From Mayamaea pseudoterrestris (taxonomy: Eukaryota): a stretch of 64,000 nucleotides of DNA. The notes under the pieces are model-generated. The model was not told where the DNA came from, did no database searches, and saw only the letters and a list, made by a program, of their open reading frames with translations. The stretch is from the NCBI GenBank assembly GCA_027923505.1, contig BROI01000019.1, positions 62,001 through 126,000 on the forward strand, read 5' to 3'. Shown here one piece after another: positions 54,827 to 64,000 of this stretch (the stretch's first letter is position 1; each line of letters begins with the position of its first letter). The position numbers and the translations under genes are program-made.

Positions 54827-56957
54827 ATGTCTTCCAACTGGCTCTCCTACTACTCGGACCCGAGTCGCAATCGCCGCGTTCTTCCTCCGCTCTACAACGG
54901 ACTCGCTCAAACCATCATGACGTTCCAAGAGCACAAGGTCGAGAGCTCCTTGGAGAAGCTCTTTGCAACTCCCGCGACTCCAGTTGCTCTCATTTCTTTT
55001 GATGGAGACAAGATTGGAGTGCATGTGGCTCACCATTTCACGTTCGCTCCCAAGGATCAAAGCAACCCTCGCAACGCGTCAACGTTGTTTGCCTTCCTCG
55101 GTCACAAGGCCTCCGCTCCGGTCACTTTGATTGACGTCAAGACTCTTGAGCTTGTTACCAACAAGGCGACGCCAGTGTCTAAGCTCGGGCGAGTTTGTGT
55201 TCAAGTGGGAACCAAGATCCTCAGTTTCCCTTTCGCTCGTTCGCCCGCCTGCTTTCCCATCCGCCATTGCCATTGAGGCCATTGCCAAGAACTCCGCACT
55301 CCAGCGCTTATGTACCTAGAGTAGCCTAAGCCTAACTTAGTTGCTCGTGGCTGAGTAGAGCGTCTTACAACGTCCCCTTGCTCCAATCCTTTGGTGTGTT
55401 GCCATTTTGTGCCGACGCTTCAAGTCCATTCCAGCGGCAACCAAGACATTCCAGCGGCACGCAAGTTGGTCCAACATCCCCTTTATCCACGCGACCACGA
55501 AGACGACACAGCGCGTGCTCTCTGTTGACTCTGACTCTGACTCGGATGGCGAGCAATTAAAGAAGCTGAAGAACTTTGACTTTAAGAATCCCGACGCTAT
55601 GAATGAACTCGTCGGCAACTTGCTGGTCACCATGCATACGCTCACGAAGACGACGCTCAAGAAGGACAAGCAGGCAGCTCTCCAAGCCAAGCGCCACGCC
55701 GACGACCTTGACAAGCGCCATGAAGAGCGCAAGCGCAACGACGAGGCGCAGCGTCTTTTGATTGAAAAGACTTGCAAGTCTGGCGAGTCTTCATCATCCG
55801 GATTCTCCAAGCTCCTCGGCGACAACCAGCGCATGCTCCTTCGCCTCGCAACGCCCATCAGCGGAGTCACTCCCGAAGAGCCTTCCACATTCCAAACAAC
55901 CTTCTTTGCCGCCAAGAAAGATATTGCTCATTCGTTGTTGAAGCAAGCTTGCGAACGCTACAATGCTGAGTTTGTTGTTGGAAAAGGGGTGTCGCTGCGC
56001 ACGCTTTCAACGGACATCCCCGCGTCGAACCGGGACTCAACCATGAACATCTCCCTCCTCAACTTTACGGGCGCTCTTGTTGTCGTTCATTCTACTGATG
56101 ACCTTTGCGATCGCCAAGCTCTAGCCAACAATCAAGTTGAAGGATCTACCATGAAGAAGATTGCTGGCGACATTGTTTGGGAGTTTCCATCCGATGGCAA
56201 CGCGCTCGTCCGTGGCCTCTTCAAGTATGCCGTTTACTTTGACGTACTCGCTGGCCTCTCTCCAACCAGCGGCACATCCACCCTCATCGCTCAAAAGATT
56301 CGCTCCTTGGCTTCCACGTTAGCGAATCGCATTGACAAGATGCAAACGTTGCAGAATCAAGATCCTGACGCCATCGCTCAGTTTGCCAACACGATCGACA
56401 CCAAGATCAACATTTTCCTCAACCATTGTTTCAAGGACGCCATCTTCGACCCTACTCGCCTCGACGAGTTGGAAACCCTTGACAAGTACTTGGACTGTGG
56501 CTTTTCAAGCATCCTTTGCACCATTCCATCCTTCTTGCTCGAGCGCCTTCCATCGCATCGCATTGCCAAACGTGGCGCCGGCCAGCTGCCAGGAGGAGCC
56601 TCTCCTCCTGTAATCAAGCAAGCGAAGACTGGCGATGAAGGTGGCGCAGGAGCTCGCCAATTCCAAGCTCGCATCAATCCAAACAAGTTGGATATCCCAG
56701 CAGGGCATACGTATCAAAGCCTCTGTCCTCCAGGCAGCTTCCGTCGCAGTCCTCGGATCAAGATCGGCAACAAGGCAGGCCGCCCTTGCTTGAACTACTA
56801 CCTTCGCGGCGAATGCCGTTACCGCATCTGTCAAAACATGCATGGTCCATTGCGCCCTCAAGATAAAGTAAAACTCGAAGCGTTTATCGCTGCTCAAGCG
56901 GCCAATCCCAATGGAGACGCCAACCCACCAGCGGCCGCGGATGAGGACGAGTCCTGA
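54827..56957 (+). pseudogene. gag-like ORF1 with C-terminal CCCH knuckle, disrupted at 55174-55470
   Basis: The N-terminus is identical to the 62731 ORF. The 55407-56957 frame ends in CLNYYLRGECRYRICQNMH. A 756-aa gag can be rebuilt from 62731-63549 plus 55506-56954. Confidence 0.75.
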
Positions 56958-56999
56958 GGAGAATCCTCCACATGGTCAGCGGATGACCATGCTGGAGGA
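56955..56999 (+). promoter_or_regulatory. Candidate stop-codon readthrough signal: TGA + 6-nt spacer + 15-bp hairpin
   Basis: TGA GGAGAA TCCTCCA-CATGGTCA [GCGGA] TGACCATG-c-TGGAGGA, followed by an open in-frame pol. Confidence 0.7.
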
Positions 57000-59939
57000 G
57001 CCTCTACTAGTTACGGCAACAATAACTTAGTAGCACAAGGTTCCAATCCCTACCATAACGCTACTAGTCGACTCGTCAACAACAACATCAACGAACACGT
57101 CCATGCCCCACCGGCAGCCACTGCGACCTCTCCAAGGCTGCGTCATCTTCACAATCAATGGCAGCGTCTCCAACAACAAGTTGATTCACTCACTTCATCA
57201 ACAGCAACAGCAACCATCGAGGACGAGTCATCCTCCTCCGACGACGACTCTGCCACCTACAGTGTTCATTCCATTCATCACCAGTCCGCGGCATCAACAA
57301 GCCATGCTACAGACTCGACGGCAACCACGACAGCCGCCCCGACGCCCACCAAGCCAACGTTTGCAATCAACGCTCCAACAGTCGCTCCAGCCATCCTCGC
57401 ATCGCCATCACGCCAGCTCACACCAGCGCGCAAACATCAACTTGCCTGGACGGCGCGTCGCCTCGCTGCTCGTACCGAGCGAGACGACTCAGAGGAGGAG
57501 GCAGACGACGGCGACGCAAACGGATCGGCCGCCACAACAACAAAGAATGGACCAGCACTTAAACGGATTAAGCATAAGCATCCAATGTCCACATTCCTGC
57601 ATCCTTCTTCCATATCAAACGAAATGAGTAAGTACTCCTTTCAACAAGTCCTCAAATGGACTGTCCGAATCCCTTCGTCTGCCCAGGACGAGTCCGCAAC
57701 AAACCCACCCAACGTCCCAATTACCATCCACGTTAACGCCACATCCACTACACAATCAATTGGACTCGCTTTATCGACTGAACTAGTCGATCCAGGGATT
57801 GATTTGCCGCCTGCTCCTTGGCCGTCCAACGACGCCACCTGGCTGCAGTCCATCCTCCAAGCGCTCCAGTGGTTGCCACCGCCTTTACTTCCGTCGCCCT
57901 TCTGCTTTGAAATTACGCAAGAGGCAGCTGCCTACAATTTATCCATTCTTCAAGCCAACGACATGGATTTGCGCCACTTGCTCTTCTCCAACAAGGATTT
58001 GCCAACTTGTCCGGGCTCCAACTTTCGCCCAGTGGAACTACTCGATCCAATCTTCCTTGGCCACCCTAACTGGCCGCGTGTTCGCAGCACACTCAACAGG
58101 CGTGGCCTTTCCTCTCGATCCTCTCGAGGAGAAGACGCGCATTGAGGAGCTCAACGCCATGGTCGATTATGGGAATCACAAGTCAGCAAAAACGGAGCGA
58201 CACGCAGTCCTCGACACGTTGAAAGAAGAGACGGCAAAAGGATGGCATCTGCCTCTACCACTTGACGCTCTACATCTTATTCCCAACGTCTCTGTTGCTC
58301 CTTTTGGATATGTTAAACAACTCAAGCTACAAGCCGACGGATCCCGCAAGGAGGCTGGAAGGATTACGCACGATCAAACGTTCTGCCGTCTCCACGATGG
58401 CACCTCTGTTAATAAACGGGTCCGCAAGGCCGATCTACCACCCGTCTTCTACGGATTTGCTTTGCAACGCCTTCTTCATCGGATCATTGCTACAAGAGAC
58501 AAGTATAATGATCTTCCTATCTATCTTCCTAAATATGACTGGAAATCAGCCTACAAAAACTGTCACTTTGGCCTCGAAACACTTGTCCAATCGGCAACCA
58601 CGACAAAAGGTATCACGATCGACTCCACGCTGGCGCTCTTTGCCCTTCGCATGACTTTCGGTGGCTCTCCATGCCCCACAGTCTTCAGTGACCTCTCGGA
58701 ACTAGTCACTGACGCGGCCAACCAACTCGTCCGCGACGGCAACTGGCACCCTGCGACAATCCAATCCAGGTTCATTGCCAACATCAGCGTGGAACCAATC
58801 GTGTATCCTACGCCATCAACACCATTTGCAACATCTCGCCCCATGGCAGTTGGTGCTATGATCCCTGTTGATGGCAGCCCTTGTTTTGACGTCTTTCTTG
58901 ATGATCATCTTGGCGTCATTGTCCATACTAGTAACGACGCATTGATCCGTGGTGCTCATGCCATCCCATTATTACTTGATGTGCTTGGTCGCCCCGAGCG
59001 TGCCGACGAACCTCTACCGCGAAACGCTTTAATTGCAGTCTCCAAGTTGATTGCGGAAGGGTGTTTAACAGAGATTCAAGTGGTACTTGGTTGGGAGATT
59101 GATACTCGCACTCTTATCATCCGCCTCCCAGCCGACAAATTTCGCCTCTATACGACGAGTATTCGACCTCTCCAAAGTTTCTGCAACTCCACAATCAATA
59201 ACAACATCTCCACCAACAAGTTGATTCTTTATCATCATCATCATCAACAGCAACCATTGAGGCTGACTCATCCGCCTCTGACGACGACTCTGCTAGAAGG
59301 TGCGAAGTATTAGAAAGAGTGTCTATCTCGAGCAGAACGCCGCGATTTGATCACCTGCTTGGAGTACCTTACCACTGCTCACGCTGTGTGGACATCAACA
59401 CCATCTTTCGATACCCCGACGCCTTTGTCCTTATGGATGCTTGCATGTACCAAGTAAGCGGTTACAATTTGGATGGACGAGGATGGCACTGGCGCGTTCC
59501 AAAAGGTGCAACGCTGCAGCACATCAACTTTTATAAGTTCCTTGGCTTTGTTGTCGGCATTTGGCTCGCCGCCTTCGAAGGACGCCTCCATCAAGGAGAT
59601 TGCGTGCTCGCCATTGGTGACAACACTACAGCAGCAGGATGGCTGCATCGCTCCAACTTTTCAGATGAAACAGCCACTCCTCAAACGGTCTTGCTAGCGA
59701 GGCTGTTGTCCGCCATCTGTTTGGAATACGGAGTCTGCTGCAACTCGCAGTGGCATATGGGATTGGATAACGTGGTTCCTGATTTAATATCACATGATAT
59801 GGCCTGTTCTGATGCCAATCTCACCACCCACATCCTCTTCGTTCCTTCTTTGGCCTTAAAGGTACCGGCCTCCTTTTGCGTGGCTCGTCTACCGAGCAGG
59901 ATTTCATGCGCTCTCTCCTCCTTGATGCAGCTGACATGA
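56958..59939 (+). pseudogene. pol: reverse transcriptase-RNase H with lesions
   Basis: RT motifs GNHKSA, KYDWKSAY, MTFGGSPCP, FLDD, LGW; RNase H motifs DAC, HIN, GDNTTA, NVVPDLIS. Frameshifts near 58095 and 59385; in-frame TAG at 59311-59313. Confidence 0.88.
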
Positions 59940-61407
59940 GTTCCTCGGAGTCACACGCGCCACACACGCTAGAACATGGCTTGGGACCGTTGGATACGTT
60001 CTCTGAAAGAGCTGGTTTCTCGACCAATCCGTTCCTCCTTGAAGTCGACAGCCACCAACGCTTCCTTCTCTTCCTCGCCTTCATCCAGTCTGTCAGGAAC
60101 GACAACTATTCATCGCCACGCAACGGAAATCCCTTCTTGGTTGCCGGATCTGTCCAGTCCACCATCAATGGTGTGGCTAAGGCCTTTAAAGCCGCCGGCC
60201 ACCCCGACCCTCACAAAAATGACAGAGGAGACAACTTTCTAGTACTCGAGCGTCTCTACAAAGGCTACAAGAACTTGGATCCGTCTACGCGTCATCAAAT
60301 GGCGCTCCCGATGTATCTCTTGCGCAAGCTTATCATGGAGCGCTCTGACAATCCAGCCTACAGTCTATCTCGAGCAGAACGCCGCGATTTGATCACCTGC
60401 TTGGAGTACCTTACCACTGCTCACGCTGTGTGGACATCAACACCATCTTTCGATACCCCGACGCCTTTGTCCTTATGGATGCTTGCATGTACCAAGTAAG
60501 CGGTTACAATTTGGATGGACGAGGATGGCACTGGCGCGTTCCAAAAGGTGCAACGCTGCAGCACATCAACTTTTATAAGTTCCTTGGCTTTGTTGTCGGC
60601 ATTTGGCTCGCCGCCTTCGAAGGACGCCTCCATCAAGGAGATTGCGTGCTCGCCATTGGTGACAACACTACAGCAGCAGGATGGCTGCATCGCTCCAACT
60701 TTTCAGATGAAACAGCCACTCCTCAAACGGTCTTGCTAGCGAGGCTGTTGTCCGCCATCTGTTTGGAATACGGAGTCTGCTGCAACTCGCAGTGGCATAT
60801 GGGATTGGATAACGTGGTTCCTGATTTAATATCACATGATATGGCCTGTTCTGATGCCAATCTCACCACCCACATCCTCTTCGTTCCTTCTTTGGCCTTA
60901 AAGGTACCGGCCTCCTTTTGCGTGGCTCGTCTACCGAGCAGGATTTCATGCGCTCTCTCCTCCTTGATGCAGCTGACATGAGTTCCTCGGAGTCACACGC
61001 GCCACACACGCTAGAACATGGCTTGGGACCGTTGGATACGTTCTCTGAAAGAGCTGGTTTCTCGACCAATCCGTTCCTCCTTGAAGTCGACAGCCACCAA
61101 CGCTTCCTTCTCTTCCTCGCCTTCATCCAGTCTGTCAGGAACGACAACTATTCATCGCCACGCAACGGAAATCCCTTCTTGGTTGCCGGATCTGTCCAGT
61201 CCACCATCAATGGTGTGGCTAAGGCCTTTAAAGCCGCCGGCCACCCCGACCCTCACAAAAATGACAGAGGAGACAACTTTCTAGTACTCGAGCGTCTCTA
61301 CAAAGGCTACAAGAACTTGGATCCGTCTACGCGTCATCAAATGGCGCTCCCGATGTCCCTAATGCGCAAGCTTATCATGGAGCGCTCTGACAATCCAGCC
61401 TACAGTC
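59321..61407. repeat. 1042-bp-period tandem duplication (RNase H plus YR 5' part)
   Basis: 59321-60365 matches 60363-61407; 3-bp GTC overlap at the junction. Confidence 0.95.
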
Positions 61408-62306
61408 ATTTCCAGCTATTAGTCGGCCTCGCAGTCTTCTTTGCAATGCGCTCTTGCGAGTACCTTTGCATCCAAAAAGGCGACAGAGTTGAACGCCGCA
61501 CGCTGCCCATTCGAGCGTGCGATATAACGTTCTGGAAAGATGGCAAAAAGCTACCTCATAATAGCTCCTCCCTACACTTTGCCGACTCAGTTTCCATCAT
61601 CTTTCGCTTTCAAAAGAATCAATGGCGAGATGAAATTGTCACAATGGGACGCTCCGGACACTATTTCATGTGCCCCGTTGTCCTTGCGGCTTTGCTCGTC
61701 CGCTCGCTAAACAAGCTCGTCTCCAAGAAGCTTGTTAAGGAAGATGCCGAGCTCTACCATTACCTCGATTCTAATGGCAAAGTTGCTACTTGCAATACCA
61801 AGTTGGCGCTTCAATTCCTTCGCCAGTTTGTTTCCAGCAACGAGCCCGATTCCCTTGGCCTCGAAGTCGACCGCGTTGGCCTCCATTCCCTTCGCGCTAC
61901 TGCAGCAATGGCTATGTATCTTGCCAACGTTCAAGTCTGCACTATAATGCTTGTTGGACGATGGCGCAGCTTTGCCTTCTTATCTTATATTCGCAAGCAA
62001 GTGGAGCAGTTTACCGAGGGCGTTTCCGCCAAGATGCTTACCGTCGACTCCTTTCACACCGTCAACATTCAACGCCACCAACAACAACAACAACATCAAC
62101 AACCTCATTACATTTCCGATCAAACAGAACAACGGACGCTCCCATGCCATGGGACCACGTTGCCCATCGCCTTCAACGCGCCCGCCCACGCTCCCCCGCC
62201 ATCAATGGCACAGCAGCAGCTTCTGCAGCTGACGAGTGATCGCGCTTTACCGCCGATCAGTCACTGTGTTCAGTGGGGGAGGCTTTGGTTCCGACACATT
62301 AGCTAA
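60918..62306 (+). CDS. Tyrosine recombinase (phage-integrase fold) of the retrotransposon; first ATG 60948
   Basis: Catalytic residues all present: FFAMRSCEY (R), FQKN (K), HSLR (HxxR), GRWRS..SYIR (W, Y). Overlaps the RNase H 3' end in another frame. Confidence 0.92.
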   Translation: MRGSSTEQDFMRSLLLDAADMSSSESHAPHTLEHGLGPLDTFSERAGFSTNPFLLEVDSHQRFLLFLAFIQSVRNDNYSSPRNGNPFLVAGSVQSTINGVAKAFKAAGHPDPHKNDRGDNFLVLERLYKGYKNLDPSTRHQMALPMSLMRKLIMERSDNPAYSHFQLLVGLAVFFAMRSCEYLCIQKGDRVERRTLPIRACDITFWKDGKKLPHNSSSLHFADSVSIIFRFQKNQWRDEIVTMGRSGHYFMCPVVLAALLVRSLNKLVSKKLVKEDAELYHYLDSNGKVATCNTKLALQFLRQFVSSNEPDSLGLEVDRVGLHSLRATAAMAMYLANVQVCTIMLVGRWRSFAFLSYIRKQVEQFTEGVSAKMLTVDSFHTVNIQRHQQQQQHQQPHYISDQTEQRTLPCHGTTLPIAFNAPAHAPPPSMAQQQLLQLTSDRALPPISHCVQWGRLWFRHIS

Positions 62307-62730
62307 ACCAAAGTTTTCTGCAAGCGCCAGCTTCTTCATGTAGTTAATGAGGAATCTGTTTTGAGCCTGGTTCTTTTGGGATTCTGGATTGGTCGAAATG
62401 AGAGGTGGTGCTTTCAGGATTCCAAGTTCCTTCAAGCCACGCCAGCGGCGTTCGCAGCGAACAGCCTCTTCAATCTTTCCTTGTTCTTCGGTTCGGAGTG
62501 GCGCATGTCCCGCGGGGCATTCACTGACAACTCCGAACTAGTCGTGGTCATCCGGAACAATGACCTTGATCGTGGATGACCATTTGGCCGCAAAGCACAC
62601 GCAACACACCAACAACGAACCAGTCTGCTCCTTTGATTGTTGTTGTTGCTGCAGCTCATAATTCCTGGATCACCCCGAGTCTCCCGTCGAGACCAGTAAT
62701 TATAGATTTTTAAGTCTTCCTCCCATCAAG

Positions 62731-63576
62731 ATGTCTTCCAACTGGCTCTCCTACTACTCGGACCCGAGTCGCAATCGCCGCGTTCTTCCTCCGCTCTACA
62801 ACGGACTCGCTCAAACCATCATGACGTTCCAAGAGCACAAGGTCGAGAGCTCCTTGGAGAAGCTCTTTGCAACTCCCGCGACTCCAGTTGCTCTCATTTC
62901 TTTTGATGGAGACAAGATTGGAGTGCATGTGGCTCACCATTTCACGTTCGCTCCCAAGGATCAAAGCAACCCTCGCAACGCGTCAACGTTGTTTGCCTTC
63001 CTCGGTCACAAGGCCTCCGCTCCGGTCACTTTGATTGACGTCAAGACTCTTGAGCTTGTTACCAACAAGGCGACGCCTGTCTACACGCCTCTGGGCGAGG
63101 TTCTGTTCGATTTGAAGAACTTGGAGCGTCCAGTCCTCGAGGAATTGCTCAAGCTCGAAACCAACGTTTTGTCGCCTCTTGTTTCGCCCGCCTGCTTTCC
63201 CATCCCGCCACTTGCCATTGAGGCCATTGCCAAGCACGGTCCATACGATATTGAAGGCATCCTTTCAGCCTTTATGTCAACCTTGTGTACTTGGCCCACT
63301 CAGTATGCCTCTGTGGTCTCTACAGTCGACGTCTACCACAACGCCTTTCCCTTTGCTCAATTCCTTTGGTGGGCGTTGAAGGTGACCAGCAATTCGGACT
63401 TGTCTTCGGCCGACGAGGCGATACTTAAGTCCCTTCCTGGTTTGCCTACCATTTTGGACGCCGACTCCATTCCAGCGGCAACCCTCGAAGATCTTGCCGA
63501 GCACGCCAAGTTTGCCAACATCCCCTTTATCCACGCGACCACGAAGACGATGGAACTTGGAATTCTCGTCCGTTGA
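62731..63576 (+). pseudogene. 3'-truncated second gag copy fused to host sequence
   Basis: 273 gag codons, then the frame runs into the host repeat (MELGILVR*). Confidence 0.8.
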
Positions 63577-63827
63577 AAACTGTTGAAAAACGTCGATGGC
63601 GCGGCGCGCGCTAGCGGCGCGGTCCCCTCACCTCATTCTTCGTTCAAGCAGTGAGCACCATGATGGCGACTATGAACATGCTGCCGCCACCAAACCGAAT
63701 ATCTCGACAATTCCTGGCGTATTTAGCAGCTCTTTGGATAGTCTCTGATATTTATGGAAACGTAACAGCGTTTTCCATCCAAACGTCGCGGCGAAACCGT
63801 GGCAGTGCCATGCAAATCATCAAGAGC
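63548..63827. repeat. 280-bp host-sequence direct repeat, right copy
   Basis: Matches 54190-54469. Confidence 0.95.
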
Positions 63828-64000
63828 CAGTCTCTTCTGCATCATCGACGACGACTACTCATTACTCCTCTATATTCCACTCCCACCAATAATAATGACG
63901 ACGACAAAGACTCTAGAAAAAACAATAATGATAAAACTCAACAACAACAACCATCACCAATCGACGTTTCCGTGGACGCTCGCTTGACGCGCGTGCGACT
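63660..64000 (+). CDS. 5' part of a probably plastid-targeted host protein (runs off the window)
   Basis: Open frame MMATMNMLPPPNRISRQFLAYLAALWIVSDIYGNVTA-FSIQ...IDVSVDARLTRVR to the window end; absent from the ORF track because it has no stop. Confidence 0.7.
   Translation, partial: MMATMNMLPPPNRISRQFLAYLAALWIVSDIYGNVTAFSIQTSRRNRGSAMQIIKSQSLLHHRRRLLITPLYSTPTNNNDDDKDSRKNNNDKTQQQQPSPIDVSVDARLTRVR

Larger units (their letters stand above)
54470..63547 (+). mobile_element. Tyrosine-recombinase retrotransposon (order DIRS, Ngaro/PAT-like): one 7904-bp unit plus about 1.18 kb of a second head-to-tail unit
   Basis: gag-like, RT, RNase H and YR coding regions, all on +. 54469-55173 recurs at 62373-63077 (offset 7904). 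Confidence 0.9.

Noticed and set aside
56955..56999. Selenocysteine insertion at the gag TGA
   Set aside because: The codon lies in an acidic disordered linker, not a redox motif, and the hairpin lacks the eukaryotic SECIS GA quartet and AA loop; generic readthrough fits better.
57124..59293. DGR-like template/variable repeat pair next to an RT
   Set aside because: The 25 mismatches involve all four bases in both copies and are not adenine-specific; the RT is DIRS-type with RNase H and YR.
62229..62265. Hammerhead ribozyme (CTGACGAG core followed by a stem)
   Set aside because: No GAAA follows the stem, and no stems I/III could be built.
1..64000. CRISPR arrays, rRNA, tRNA, prokaryotic operons, and the many short antisense or overlapping ORFs in the track
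   Set aside because: The DNA is eukaryotic and intron-containing, no repeat-spacer or RNA-gene signatures were recognised, and the short ORFs are shadows of real genes.

Overview
Gene-dense eukaryotic nuclear DNA, most likely from a diatom. This rests on short GT-AG introns and several proteins with bipartite plastid-targeting presequences cleaved before Phe (ASA-F type); the species cannot be determined. Bases 1-54 kb carry about 24 host genes: AFG2/SPATA5 AAA ATPase, GT11-like fucosyltransferase, THOC1, DUF3754, two aldo-keto reductases, RPB12, SLC35F, rubredoxin, PabAB, tandem DUF179, ankyrin/R-SNARE, MCM6, 2H phosphoesterase, PanE, Sec61alpha, Popeye-like and CCCH zinc-finger proteins. 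An internally deleted hAT transposon lies among them. Bases 54.5-63.5 kb hold a tyrosine-recombinase (DIRS-order, Ngaro/PAT-like) retrotransposon. The best discovery candidate is in this element: gag and pol share one frame and are separated by a single TGA. A 15-bp hairpin starts 6 nt after the TGA, and 209 open codons without ATG follow, which is the signature of programmed stop-codon readthrough. The element is present as more than one unit length (terminally redundant) between two 280-bp copies of host promoter/5' gene sequence, and it carries internal microhomology-bounded rearrangements. Some of these rearrangements could be assembly artefacts.
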